NCBI GenBank assembly: GCA_965247535.1
Contig: OZ252018.1
Coordinates: 1,013,046-1,077,045, forward strand
Length of the DNA stretch: 64,000 bases
Direction: 5' to 3'
Origin: Dehalococcoidia bacterium
GTDB taxonomy: Bacteria > Chloroflexota > Dehalococcoidia > Lucifugimonadales > UBA2985
The notes beneath the pieces were generated by a model that saw nothing but the letters and a program-made list of their open reading frames with translations, ran no database searches and was not told the origin of the DNA. Within the stretch, counting starts at the first letter, position 1, and every line of letters starts with the position of its first letter. Made by a program: the position numbers and the translations under genes. Shown here piece after piece: positions 1 to 9,272 of this stretch.

Positions 1-383
1 TTGGGCCAGCCGTCGCCCTGCTCCGGGGTGTGGGTTGGGCCCTTGAGCGTGACGTTGCACTTGCGAATCTCTTCGAGGACGTCGTCCGGAATCGCCTGGA
101 GCTTCTCGGCGCGGTTCTCGATGGTCAGCCCGTCGATGGTGCGGAACACCACCTTGCCACTATCCACCTGTTCCTTGAGAAGGTACTCCAGTACGCTCTG
201 GGCTTCCGCGGTGATGGTGGGGCCAATTCCGTCACCTCCCAGCACGCCAATGACAATTGGATCTATGGCCCCGTAGTCTGTCCAGTCGCCCTCCGCCTTG
301 AGGTTCTCCACTCGCTCCAGCTGACCCTCAAGGACCTTGCCGAAGTGTTCCTTGGCAACTTCCAATACCTGCTTGTCCACCAT
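1..383 (-). CDS. Isocitrate/isopropylmalate dehydrogenase family protein, N-terminal part (gene continues past the left edge of the window)
   Basis: Own translation of the minus strand from ATG (383-381): MVDKQVLEVAKEHFGK...PIVIGVLGGDGIGPTITAEAQSVLEYLL...CNVTLKGPTHTP. The GDGIGP loop and KGPxxTP motif are typical of beta-decarboxylating dehydrogenases. It is absent from the ORF track because there is no stop inside the window. Confidence 0.7.
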   Translation of the reverse strand, partial: MVDKQVLEVAKEHFGKVLEGQLERVENLKAEGDWTDYGAIDPIVIGVLGGDGIGPTITAEAQSVLEYLLKEQVDSGKVVFRTIDGLTIENRAEKLQAIPDDVLEEIRKCNVTLKGPTHTPEQGDGWP

Positions 384-466
384 GTCACGCCTCCTTGTCT
401 GGACTAGGTCCGTAAGCCTGGTGCGCCCTCCCGGGCGCTTTGCCGCCGCGCTGGCCCCTGCCCAGG

Positions 467-2488
467 CTAGCCAATTAGTGCAAGGACCTCGTTCTTCTTC
501 ACCCAACTGCCGGGTGACACCTTGAACTCCTTGACCGTTCCATCCACTGGCGACGGAAGTGAGTTCTCCATCTTCATTGCTTCGATCATGAGCACGGGCG
601 TGCCCTTCTTCACCTGCTGTCCCACCTCCACCACGTATCGAAGGAGGATGCCGGGCATGGGAGCGGTGATGGGCGTGCCGTCAGCGACCGCCGCCGCCTG
701 TGGCGCGGGGGGAGCCGCCGGTTGGGGCGCTGCGGCCGGCTGAGGCGTGGGTGGCGGGGCAACCGGCTGGGGAGCGGGCGCTGCAGCTACGGGCTGTGGC
801 TGTGCAACGGGCGCAACCGCGTACGTTACAGCGCCGTGGCGCCCGTCGCCGTCGAGGGCGAGAGGTTCCACCTGCACCTGGTACATCTCGCTGCCCACGT
901 AGACGTTGAATGAGCGGGCTGCGGCTGACGATGGCGCCATCTGCGCGGCGGCCGGGGCAGCCGCCTCCTGCGAGCCCTTCTCTACGAGCAGGCCCGCACG
1001 CGCCTTGGAAACCAGTTCTTCCTCTTCGGCTATCCTCTGCTTCACCTGCTCCAGCGACTTGGGCTTGACCTCGTCAGGCACCGGTTCCTGGCCGTATTTC
1101 CACTTGAGGAAGCGAAGGCCCGTTGTGGGGTACAGGGCGTACGTCAGCACGTCACCTACGTCCTTCGCCAGGCCTTCCGTATCCTTCCTGGCTCTCTCCA
1201 GCTCTGGGTCAAGGTAGTCGGCGGCGCGGCCTGTGACGGGCTCCTGGCCCCGCTCGTAGCCCTCAAGCACCGTTCGCGTTACCTCCGGGTCGATTGGCAT
1301 TGGACTTCGGCCGTACAGACCGTATACGTAGTCCTTGATTTGACCGGATACCAGCTGGTAGCGGCCGAACAGAACGTTCTGAACTGCCTGGATGCCAACG
1401 ATCTGGCTGGTGGGCGTTACCAGGGGAGGGGTGCCAAGCTCCTTACGCAGGCGTGGAAGCTCCTCGTAGACCTCCTCCAGCCTGTCCAGAGCGTCCGCTT
1501 CCTTGAGCTGCGAGACGAGGTTGCTGGCCATGCCGCCCGGGATCTGGTGGCTGAGCACGGCGGTGTCAACGATGGAGGCGCGGCTGGTGTCGATGTGGTC
1601 GCGGAGCAAAGGCGCGATCGACTCGAAGTATTCGGAGAGCTTGAGCAGTTGCTGGAGGTCCAGCCCGGTGTCTCGCGCAGTACCCTGGAGCGTCACGACC
1701 AGCGGCTCAACGGCGGCCTGGGAGGTGCGCATGGCGTAGGGGGACAGGCAGGTGTCGGCCATGTCGAGGCCTGCCTCGGCAGCCTTGAGGATTGTCATGG
1801 ACGCCATGCCGCTGGTGTAGTGAGTGTGCAGCTGCACCGGGATGGAGATGCTCTCCTTCAGCGCCTTCACCAGGTTGTATGCGTCGTATGGGGCGAGCAG
1901 GCCGGCCATGTCCTTGATGCAGAGCGTATCGGCGCCCATGTCCACCAGAATCCTGGCCTTGCTCACAAAGTAGTCCAAGTTGAAGACGGGCCCACCCATG
2001 TGGGTCTCCGTGACGGAGTAGCAGATGCAGGCCTGGAAGTGCTTGCCCTTCTCCTTGACTGCCTTGGCGGCGGTCTCGAAGTTGCGCTCGTCGTTGACCG
2101 CGTCGAATACGCGGAACACGTCGATGCCCTCGTCGGCAGCGTGGTGCACGAAGGCTGTCACCACGTCGTCGGCGTAGTTGCGGTATCCGACGAGGTTCTG
2201 GCCGCGAAGCAGCATCTGCAGTGGGGTGTTGGGCATGAGCCGCTTGAGTACGCGTACTCTCTCCCACGGGTCCTCGCCGAGGAAGCGAGTGGCCACGTCA
2301 AACGTGGCGCCTCCCCAGACCTCGGCCGACCAGAACCCCGCGCGGTCCATGTCCGCGGCAATGGGTTCCATATCGGCGGTGCGCATCCGCGTTGCTGCGA
2401 GGCTCTGGTGGGCGTCTCGCAGCGTGGTGTCGGTTATCTTGAGCGGGTTGGTGGCATAGTCAGATATCATTGCTTCCGTGCGCGCCAA
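467..2488 (-). CDS. Carboxyltransferase of the oxaloacetate decarboxylase alpha / transcarboxylase 5S type, fused to a C-terminal biotinyl carrier domain
   Basis: 673-aa ORF. ITDTTLRDAHQSL and HTHYTSGMA motifs indicate the HMGL-like 5S fold. A long Pro/Ala linker follows, then the C-terminal biotinylation motif IEAMKMEN. The start may be the ATG at 2470 rather than the TTG at 2488. Confidence 0.9.
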   Translation of the reverse strand: MARTEAMISDYATNPLKITDTTLRDAHQSLAATRMRTADMEPIAADMDRAGFWSAEVWGGATFDVATRFLGEDPWERVRVLKRLMPNTPLQMLLRGQNLVGYRNYADDVVTAFVHHAADEGIDVFRVFDAVNDERNFETAAKAVKEKGKHFQACICYSVTETHMGGPVFNLDYFVSKARILVDMGADTLCIKDMAGLLAPYDAYNLVKALKESISIPVQLHTHYTSGMASMTILKAAEAGLDMADTCLSPYAMRTSQAAVEPLVVTLQGTARDTGLDLQQLLKLSEYFESIAPLLRDHIDTSRASIVDTAVLSHQIPGGMASNLVSQLKEADALDRLEEVYEELPRLRKELGTPPLVTPTSQIVGIQAVQNVLFGRYQLVSGQIKDYVYGLYGRSPMPIDPEVTRTVLEGYERGQEPVTGRAADYLDPELERARKDTEGLAKDVGDVLTYALYPTTGLRFLKWKYGQEPVPDEVKPKSLEQVKQRIAEEEELVSKARAGLLVEKGSQEAAAPAAAQMAPSSAAARSFNVYVGSEMYQVQVEPLALDGDGRHGAVTYAVAPVAQPQPVAAAPAPQPVAPPPTPQPAAAPQPAAPPAPQAAAVADGTPITAPMPGILLRYVVEVGQQVKKGTPVLMIEAMKMENSLPSPVDGTVKEFKVSPGSWVKKNEVLALIG

Positions 2489-2628
2489 AGCGAGACGCTC
2501 TGCTCACTCCTGCCGAGGCGTCTCCGCTTAGCCTGAGCTATGGCTGTCCTCTCGATGGTTATGGAATTCGTCTACCGGGAGCCTCACGTGCCTTGGATGG
2601 TTTCCATCCCTGACGCCCTATCTCCCAA

Positions 2629-4191
2629 CTACAGGGGGATGCTGCCGTGCTTCTTGGGCGGCAGCGTCTCCTGCTTGTTCTGGAGCATTGCAAGAGCGTC
2701 TATTATCCTTGGTCGTGTCTCGGCGGGGTCTATGACATCGTCGATGTAACCCCTGCTGGCTGCAACGTATGGGTTGGCGAAGCGGTCGTGGTACTCCTCG
2801 CTGAGCCGCTCTCGGGTTTCATCCTGGTTCTCGGACTTGCGGATCTCCTCGCGGAATATGACGTTGACTGCGGCATCCGGGCCCATGACGGCGATCTCCG
2901 CGGAGGGCCAGGCCAGGTTGATGTCGCCCCGCAGGTGCTTGCTGCTCATAACGATGTACGCTCCGCCGTAGGCCTTGCGAATGAGCACGCTGACCTTGGG
3001 GACCGTGGCCTCCGCGTACGCGTAGAGCAGCTTGGCGCCGTGGCGAATGATGCCGCGGAACTCCTGGTCCGAGCCAGGCAGGAAGCCCGGCACGTCAATA
3101 AGCGTAACCAGTGGAATGTTGAAGGCGTCACAGAAGCGCACGAAGCGCGAAGCCTTGGTGGAAGCCTCAATGTCCAGCACGCCGGCCAGGACTGCGGGCT
3201 GCTGCGCCACTATCCCGACCGTATTGCCGTCCATTCTGCCGTAGCCAATGATCAGGTTCTGCGCGTAGCCTTCCTGCACCTCGAGGAATTCGCCGGCGTC
3301 CACAATCTGACGGATGACTTCCTTCATGTCGTAGGACTTGGAGGGGTCCTCCGGCACGATTGCCCGAAGCTCCGGGCTGCTCCTTCCCGCCGGGTCCGTC
3401 GAGGGGACCGGAGGGGGGTCGTCGCCGTTGTTCTGAGGCAGGAACGTCAGCAACTGGCGGACCTGCTGCAGGCACTCCTCCTCGGTCGGGCTGGCGAAGT
3501 GAGCGACGCCTGTGCGCGTAAAGTGGGTCATCCAGCCGCCCAGTTCCTCGTGGGTGACCTCCTCGCCCGTGGCAGCCTTGATGACGTCCGGGCCGGTGAT
3601 GTACATCTGCCCGACGCCGTTGACCATGAAGATGAAGTCCGTCAGGGAAGGGGAGTACACCGCGCCGCCCGCCGTCGGCCCCATGATTACGGAGATCTGG
3701 GGTATGACCCCGGAGAACAGGACGTTGCGGAGTATGATCTCGCCGTAGCCCGCGAGGCTGGTCACACCCTCCTGGATGCGAGCGCCGCCGGAGTCGTTGA
3801 GACCCACGATGGGAGCGCCGTTCTTGGCGGCCAGGTCCATCACCTTGGAGATTTTCTCGCCCACCACTTCGGATACGGAGCCCCCGAGCACGGTGAAGTC
3901 CTGCGAGAAAACGAACGTGAGACGGCCGTTCACACGCCCGTAGCCTGTGACGACTGCGTCTCCCAGGTAGTGCCGCTCCGCCAGTCCCAGGTCCGTCGAG
4001 CGATGCGTGACGAACGGGTCCAGCTCACGGAACGTGCCTTCGTCCAAGAGCGCGTCTATTCGCTCCCGGGCGGTTAGCTTGCCCTTTGCGTGCTGCTGAT
4101 CTATGCGGGTCTGACCGCCTCCAAGGGAGGACAGTTCCCGCAACTTACCGAGCTCTTCCAACCTCTCGGAAGCCGCTTTTATGAATGCCAT
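2629..4191 (-). CDS. Acyl-CoA carboxyltransferase beta chain (methylmalonyl-CoA carboxyltransferase 12S / propionyl-CoA carboxylase beta family)
   Basis: The ORF track gives 2629..4257. I prefer the internal ATG at 4191 (MAFIKAASERLEELGKL...), the usual N-terminus of this family. There are crotonase-like carboxyltransferase repeats throughout (GGARIQEG, AYGGAY). No biotin carboxylase gene lies nearby. Confidence 0.9.
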   Translation of the reverse strand: MAFIKAASERLEELGKLRELSSLGGGQTRIDQQHAKGKLTARERIDALLDEGTFRELDPFVTHRSTDLGLAERHYLGDAVVTGYGRVNGRLTFVFSQDFTVLGGSVSEVVGEKISKVMDLAAKNGAPIVGLNDSGGARIQEGVTSLAGYGEIILRNVLFSGVIPQISVIMGPTAGGAVYSPSLTDFIFMVNGVGQMYITGPDVIKAATGEEVTHEELGGWMTHFTRTGVAHFASPTEEECLQQVRQLLTFLPQNNGDDPPPVPSTDPAGRSSPELRAIVPEDPSKSYDMKEVIRQIVDAGEFLEVQEGYAQNLIIGYGRMDGNTVGIVAQQPAVLAGVLDIEASTKASRFVRFCDAFNIPLVTLIDVPGFLPGSDQEFRGIIRHGAKLLYAYAEATVPKVSVLIRKAYGGAYIVMSSKHLRGDINLAWPSAEIAVMGPDAAVNVIFREEIRKSENQDETRERLSEEYHDRFANPYVAASRGYIDDVIDPAETRPRIIDALAMLQNKQETLPPKKHGSIPL

Positions 4192-4344
4192 CTTCCTTTT
4201 CCGAATCCTTTCGTAGGATTTAGGTAGGATTGTGATGCTCTGAACCTTGCGCGCCATATCCTATCAGATATTCCTGCGCCTTGCAATGCCAGTCTCAGTC
4301 ATTTGGCCTGCCGCGAGGCACTCCTCCGCCCCGAGCGGACTCAG

Positions 4345-4373
4345 CTTGAATGGCAGTTTGGCCTATGGTATTC
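4345..4373 (+). promoter_or_regulatory. Sigma70-type promoter for tRNA-Pro
   Basis: TTGAAT (4345-4350), a 17-nt spacer, then TATTCT (4368-4373). The -10 ends 11 nt before the first tRNA nucleotide. Confidence 0.45.
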
Positions 4374-4384
4374 TACCGTATGTA

Positions 4385-4461
4385 CGGGGTGTAGCGCAGC
4401 CCGGAAGCGCACTTGCATGGGGTGCAAGGGGCCGTCGGTTCAAATCCGACCACCCCGACCA
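4385..4461 (+). tRNA. tRNA-Pro (anticodon GGG), CCA encoded
   Basis: Hand-folded cloverleaf. Acceptor CGGGGTG/CACCCCG. D arm GCGC-AGCCCGGAA-GCGC. Anticodon stem CTTGC/GCAAG with loop ATGGGGT (anticodon GGG). Variable loop GGGCC. T arm GTCGG-TTCAAAT-CCGAC. Discriminator A plus CCA. Confidence 0.9.
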
Positions 4462-4519
4462 GTCGTATCGAAGCCCCTCGCGGGGCTCTTGGCGCCACGT
4501 TTTCGCTCACACCGCCCCG

Positions 4520-6037
4520 ATGCGTCTGCCCTGCGCGCCTGCGCAGTTCGCGGCCCGCATCCAAGCCTCCGAGCAGGAAGTGCCCTTGCGCCAGGATAGC
4601 GGCAGAAGCAGCAACTCCCCAGCCCGCTGGACGACCGTTGGACTGGTCGCGCTGGCCGTATTCTTCACAGCGCTCGACCAAACCGTGGTGGCAACCGTGC
4701 TGCCGCACGTCATGGTCGACCTGCGGATTCCCGTGTCGGAGCTGGACCAGGCGTCCTGGATCATCACTGGATACCTGGTGGGCTACACGGTCGTCATACC
4801 CCTGGCTGCCCGCCTGGCCGATGCCCACGGCCACGCCATCCTCTTCCGGCTCTCGCTGGTGCTGTTCGGTGTCGCCTCGGTCGCGGTAGCGCTCTCTCCA
4901 GATCTGCCCTGGCTGGTGGGCTCCCGCGTTGTACAGGCGGCTGGAGGCGGCGCAACGATCCCGATAGGCCTTGCCCTCGCCACACAGGCCATGCCGCGCC
5001 ACCGCCGCGCGATCGCGGTGGGAATAGTGGGCGCCGCTGCCGAAATGGGCGTGGTGCTCGGCCCTCTGTACGGGGGCGTCATCACCGAGGCCTGGGGCTG
5101 GCGATGGCTCTTCTGGCTGGACGTGCCGCAGGCACTGCTCATCCTGGTCCTGCTCCAAAACCTGCCGAAGACGTGGAGCCGGGGCGTCAAGGTCGACTAT
5201 GCGGGCGGGCTGTTGATGGCCGTGGCCCTGACGCTGACGGTGGTGGCGCTCTCGCGGCGCGACCTGTTCGACGGCTCTTCGGCTGTGCCTTACGCGCTGG
5301 CTGCGGCCGCAGCATTAGTGCTCGTCGCGCTTGTGTGGCTCGAGAGGCGGATGGAGCAACCGCTCTTGTCGCCAGACTTCTTCCGATCGTGGTCGGTCCT
5401 GGCAACACTGTCGGCAAAACTGCTCATGGGGGCGTCCCTGATAATTTCGATGGTGACGGTGCCTCTCATGGCCAACACAGTCCTCGGGCGGGGCTCACTG
5501 GAGGGCGGGCTGATGCTCATGCGACTCACGGCGGCCGTGCCGGTGGGAGCGCTGCTCGGCGGATACCTGGCGTACAAGCTGGGGCATCGGTTCGTATCGG
5601 CGCTGGGGCTGCTGCTGGCGGCCGCAGGCCTCTTCCTCATGAGCGGGTGGACGCCCGACGAAGGCGATACGATGCTAACGCTGCACCTCCTGCTGGCCGG
5701 TTTCGGGTTCGGGCTGGTGATCGCGCCCCTGTTCGTGGCCGCGATGGACGCAGGCCCCGACGACTACCAGGCGACAGCGGCCTCCATGGTGACGGTTGCC
5801 CGCATGATAGGCATGGCGCTTGGCCTCGCGGCGCTAAGTGCGTGGGGCATGGACCGGTTCCTGCTGCTCGCCGCGGAGCTGCCTTCGGCTCTCTCGCCGG
5901 ACTACGGCGAGCTGCTCGCGGACGCCTCGATCACGCTGTTCCAGGACTTCTTCCGGGTATCGGCGTGGCTGTGCGTTGCTGGGCTGGTACCTGTAGCTGC
6001 GATGGGCGGAATAGGTCGGCGCGCAGTGGGCGAGTGA
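4520..6037 (+). CDS. MFS transporter, drug:H+ antiporter-like (EmrB/QacA-type, about 14 TM segments)
   Basis: The track ORF 4247..6037 overlaps the tRNA, so I use the first ATG after the tRNA (4520). Many hydrophobic segments. The LDQTVVATVLPHV start and the GxxxDxxGRR-like loop (LAARLADAHGH) are typical of the family. Confidence 0.8.
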   Translation: MRLPCAPAQFAARIQASEQEVPLRQDSGRSSNSPARWTTVGLVALAVFFTALDQTVVATVLPHVMVDLRIPVSELDQASWIITGYLVGYTVVIPLAARLADAHGHAILFRLSLVLFGVASVAVALSPDLPWLVGSRVVQAAGGGATIPIGLALATQAMPRHRRAIAVGIVGAAAEMGVVLGPLYGGVITEAWGWRWLFWLDVPQALLILVLLQNLPKTWSRGVKVDYAGGLLMAVALTLTVVALSRRDLFDGSSAVPYALAAAAALVLVALVWLERRMEQPLLSPDFFRSWSVLATLSAKLLMGASLIISMVTVPLMANTVLGRGSLEGGLMLMRLTAAVPVGALLGGYLAYKLGHRFVSALGLLLAAAGLFLMSGWTPDEGDTMLTLHLLLAGFGFGLVIAPLFVAAMDAGPDDYQATAASMVTVARMIGMALGLAALSAWGMDRFLLLAAELPSALSPDYGELLADASITLFQDFFRVSAWLCVAGLVPVAAMGGIGRRAVGE

Positions 6038-6071
6038 GGCGCGTAGGCGCTTCACTTACCGGGATGTCAAC

Positions 6072-7319
6072 ATGAGTTCGACGAGCGGAACGCAGACACA
6101 GAGGTACCACGGGCTGGACGGCCTGAGGGGGTTTGCGATGCTGCTGGGCATCCTCCTCCACGGCTCGCTGCCATATTTCTCGCGAATCAACGGGTTTGAG
6201 TTCGTTTGGCCGGCGGACGACGACCAGTCCGTCCTGTTGGCCCTGGTGTTTGATTTCATCCACTCGTGGCGTATGCCGACGTTCTTCTTGATGGCGGGGT
6301 TCTTCGCCCACCTGGTGCTGGAGCGCCGCTCCACGTCGGTCTTCATCGTTGACAGGCTCAAGAGGATAGGATTGCCGCTCCTAATATTCGGGGCGGTGAT
6401 GGCGATTATCGTGCCGGTCATCTGGGTGTACGGGCGGCGCGGCGAAGTGTCGCTGGAGATTCTGCGACGTGTACTGGAGTACAGGCAAGACCTCGATTCC
6501 AGCGGCGAGCTGGTAGCACATCTGTGGTTCCTCTACTACCTGCTGGTTATGTACGCCACGCTGATGGCCTTTCGATGGCTGGGAGGGCTTGGCCGAGCGT
6601 GGCCAGTAGCGGCAGCAGGAATCCTTCGCCTTGGTTCGTACCTTGGCAACGCCGTCTACTCTCGCATACCAGTCCTGTTGGCGCTGGCGGCGGTTGTGCT
6701 GCTCGTTATCCGCGCGTCAGACGAGTCGAAACCGATCTGGCCGCTGAACGTGCCGGATCTGCTTTACGGCATGCTGTTCTTCTTCTACGGGTACGGGCTC
6801 TACGCGCGACGACAGTTCATCGACGAGCTCAGAGGTCCGGGGACGCTGCCCGCGCTGTTGGGGGCCGCGGCCGTGGTGTACCTTGTACACATCGTGCTGC
6901 TTGGAGTCTTGGACGAAGCGAACAAACAGGGCGAGAGCCAGGGGGCCATCGAGTTACTGTGGATTGTCCGAACTGTCTTCTACGGGGCGGCGGCTGCGCT
7001 GTTCAGCGTCGGGCTGGTCGGCCTGTTCGAGCGGGTTCTGAGGACGCCGCAGCCGTGGGTGCGCTGGCTCGCCGACTCCTCTTACTGGATTTACATCATG
7101 CACCTGCCGGTGGTGGCCTTTCTGACGTTCTATCTCGCCCACCTCGACAGGCAGGGCCGGCTCGAGAGTCTGACGGGCCTCAGCTGGAGCGCGGAGGCCA
7201 AGTTCCTGGTGGCGTGCGTCGCTACCGGAGCGCTGGGCGTTGTGACGTACCGGTACCTGGTAAGGTACACGCCTCTCGGAACACTGCTGAACGGTAAGAG
7301 GACGAGGGGTCAGAACTAG
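6072..7319 (+). CDS. Acyltransferase family 3 (membrane O-acyltransferase, OpgC/OafA-like)
   Basis: 415-aa polytopic ORF. The N-terminal YHGLDGLRGFAMLLGILLH signature matches acyltransferase_3. Confidence 0.8.
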   Translation: MSSTSGTQTQRYHGLDGLRGFAMLLGILLHGSLPYFSRINGFEFVWPADDDQSVLLALVFDFIHSWRMPTFFLMAGFFAHLVLERRSTSVFIVDRLKRIGLPLLIFGAVMAIIVPVIWVYGRRGEVSLEILRRVLEYRQDLDSSGELVAHLWFLYYLLVMYATLMAFRWLGGLGRAWPVAAAGILRLGSYLGNAVYSRIPVLLALAAVVLLVIRASDESKPIWPLNVPDLLYGMLFFFYGYGLYARRQFIDELRGPGTLPALLGAAAVVYLVHIVLLGVLDEANKQGESQGAIELLWIVRTVFYGAAAALFSVGLVGLFERVLRTPQPWVRWLADSSYWIYIMHLPVVAFLTFYLAHLDRQGRLESLTGLSWSAEAKFLVACVATGALGVVTYRYLVRYTPLGTLLNGKRTRGQN

Positions 7320-7433
7320 CGCCGCATGGCTCGGCGCATCGTTGAGGGAATGGCCCGGTTGCTGTAAGCTTAGGGTAGCAGGGCGCGGTCGTGCGCGTTC
7401 TGCGATCGTGCGCTCAGCGCGCAGCCGGACGAA

Positions 7434-7841
7434 TTGAATGACGCGGCACAAGTAAGGATTAACGTGAGCACTACAACGTATCGAGAGCAAAGCCGGGCGT
7501 TCCTGGCGCAGGCGTCGGAGGAGCTGGAGCGCGGCGACCTGAGGCAGGCGTCTGAAAAAGGCTGGGGCGCGGCGGCGCAGATCGTCAAGGCCTCTGCCGA
7601 CGCGCGCGGCTGGGAGCACGATCGTCACGCAACGCTGTTTCGTGTCGTCCGCGGGCTGGCCGATGAGTCGGGCGATGCGGAACTAAGGTACATGTTTGCG
7701 GTCGCCGGTGAATTGCACAGCAACTTCTACGAGCTTTTCCTCGACGCAGAGGACGTGGAGACTTACCTTCACCGGGTGGCCGCGTTTGTAGACAGGGTAG
7801 AGACTCTGTTGCCGGAAGGGCTGAACGGCGAGAAGGGTTAG
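7434..7841 (+). CDS. PaREP1-family (HEPN-like, all-helical) protein, paralogue 1
   Basis: YREQSRAFLAQASEELERGDLRQASEKGWGAAAQIVKA...RGWEHDRHATLF...AGELHSNFYE matches my recollection of the archaeal PaREP1/PaREP8 pattern (ASEK..GAA..VKA, RGW.H..H, LH.NFYE). The real start is probably the GTG about 30 nt downstream (RINVSTT...), after AAGGA. Confidence 0.6.
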   Translation: MNDAAQVRINVSTTTYREQSRAFLAQASEELERGDLRQASEKGWGAAAQIVKASADARGWEHDRHATLFRVVRGLADESGDAELRYMFAVAGELHSNFYELFLDAEDVETYLHRVAAFVDRVETLLPEGLNGEKG

Positions 7842-8255
7842 CCCGAGCGCCTAATCCGTGCCTTTGGTGACGCGGCACAAGTGAGGATTAACGTGGGCAC
7901 CACTGCGTACCGAGAGCAAAGCAGGGCGTTCCTGGCGCAGGCGTCGGAGGAGCTGGAGCGCGGCGCCTCGAGGCAGGCGTCAGAGAAGGCTTGGGGTGCG
8001 GCGGCGCAGTTCGTCAAGGCGGCGGCGGAAGTACGCGGCTGGGAACATCATCGCCACGCAACGCTGTTTCAAGTGGTACGCGCTCTGGTCGAGGAGATGG
8101 GAGGTCCGGAGATCAGGCGTTTGTTTGCCGTGGCGGGAGAGTTGCACAGTAACTTCTACGATGGCTTCCTGGATCCGGAGAATGTAGAGATCCACCTGCG
8201 CGACATGGAAGTGCTCGTCCAAAGGGTGGAAGGTCTACTGGCGAGAGACTGAACG
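7439..8255 (+). repeat. Tandem duplication (period about 429 bp) comprising both PaREP1-like genes and their 5' leaders
   Basis: TGACGCGGCACAAGT(A/G)AGGATTAACGTG(A/G)GCAC... occurs at 7439 and 7868. The first roughly 150 nt of the two copies are nearly identical at nucleotide level, including the untranslated leader. Confidence 0.85.
7881..8252 (+). CDS. PaREP1-family (HEPN-like) protein, paralogue 2
   Basis: About 65-70% identical to the preceding ORF by eye, and about 88% over the first 45 residues. The same motifs are present. Confidence 0.6.
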   Translation: MRINVGTTAYREQSRAFLAQASEELERGASRQASEKAWGAAAQFVKAAAEVRGWEHHRHATLFQVVRALVEEMGGPEIRRLFAVAGELHSNFYDGFLDPENVEIHLRDMEVLVQRVEGLLARD

Positions 8256-8282
8256 GGCAACCCATGCCCTTGTGGCCGCTCC

Positions 8283-9272
8283 CTACGCCCCCAGCGGCGC
8301 GGGGTGGAGGTGGCAGGCGGCCATGTGTCCCGGCTTCACCTCGATGAGCGGCGGGTCGACCACCTCACAGGTGCCGGTGATGGCAAACGGACACCGGGGA
8401 TGGAAGCGGCAGCCCGTGGGTGGCTCCGTGGGGCTGGGCGGTTCGCCCGGTATGACGGGGCGTTGCCGCAGGCGGTTGGACGGGTCCGGCTCCGGGATGG
8501 CGCGAATGAGCGCCTCCGTGTAGGGGTGCAGAGGCTCGTCGATGACCTGCCCGGCGGGGCCGCTCTCCACCACGCGGCCTGCGTACATCACCGCAATCCT
8601 GTCTGAGAAGTGGCGCGCCGTGGCGATGTCGTGCGTGATGTACAGGAAGCCGATCTTATACGTGCGCTGCAGTTCCAGCATCAGGTAGAGAATCTCGGCC
8701 CGGCTGGAGGCGTCGATCATCGAAACCGGCTCGTCGGCCAGGATGAAGTCCGGTCGCAGGATGAGCGCCCTAGCGATGCCCACGCGCTGCCTGAGTCCGC
8801 CCGAGAGCATGTGCGGAAACTTGGTCGCCAATTCCTCCGGCGGCGACATGCGCACGTCCCGCAGCGCGTCATGTATCATTTCGATTCGTTCTGAGGCCGT
8901 GCCGACGCCGTGAATGACGAGCGGCTCCTCCAGTATCTGGGCCACGCTCATGAAGCCGTCCAGGCTGGAGTACGGGTCCTGGAAGACGCCCTGGGCCCTC
9001 CGCCTGAACGCGCTCAGCCCGGAGTCCGACAGGTTCGTCACGTCTTCGCCGCGGAAGAGGATGCGACCGCCGGTGGGCTTGATCAGTCTGAGCGCGGCCC
9101 TGCCAAGCGTCGTCTTGCCGCTGCCGGACTCGCCGACAACGGCCAGCGTCTCGCCGGAGCGCACCTCCAGCGTCACGCCGTCCAGGGCCTTCACGGCCAC
9201 GGAGCCGATGAGCCCCTTGCGGGCTTGGTAGTGGACCTTCAGGTCCTCCACCCTGAGAAGCTCGGAGTTCAT
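8283..9272 (-). CDS. Oligopeptide/dipeptide-type ABC transporter ATP-binding protein (OppF/DppF-like)
   Basis: Walker A GESGSGKTT, LSGGLRQR signature, C-terminal GCRFHPRCP motif. I prefer the ATG at 9272, which overlaps the upstream stop as ATGA. Confidence 0.9.
   Translation of the reverse strand: MNSELLRVEDLKVHYQARKGLIGSVAVKALDGVTLEVRSGETLAVVGESGSGKTTLGRAALRLIKPTGGRILFRGEDVTNLSDSGLSAFRRRAQGVFQDPYSSLDGFMSVAQILEEPLVIHGVGTASERIEMIHDALRDVRMSPPEELATKFPHMLSGGLRQRVGIARALILRPDFILADEPVSMIDASSRAEILYLMLELQRTYKIGFLYITHDIATARHFSDRIAVMYAGRVVESGPAGQVIDEPLHPYTEALIRAIPEPDPSNRLRQRPVIPGEPPSPTEPPTGCRFHPRCPFAITGTCEVVDPPLIEVKPGHMAACHLHPAPLGA

Noticed and set aside
1340-2536. 398-aa plus-strand ORF antisense to the 5S carboxyltransferase gene. 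The same type occurs at 2647-4077, 13051-14616, 22972-24021, 28644-29615, 32017-32994, 45299-46768 and 61072-62172.
   Set aside because: Each lies opposite to, or out of frame with, a gene that has unmistakable family motifs. The translations are Arg/Ala/Gly/His-rich low-complexity sequence, typical of stop-codon-poor frames in high-GC DNA. No motifs were recognised.
4247-4519. N-terminal 91 codons of the track ORF for the MFS transporter.
   Set aside because: This stretch runs straight through the tRNA-Pro gene (4385-4461) and its promoter. The transporter's first TM begins shortly after the ATG at 4520.
7434-7466. TTGAAT-17-GATTAA promoter-like match in front of the first PaREP1-like gene.
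   Set aside because: The putative -10 would end only 1 nt before the likely GTG start, so the start codon would not be transcribed. The second copy also lacks the -35.
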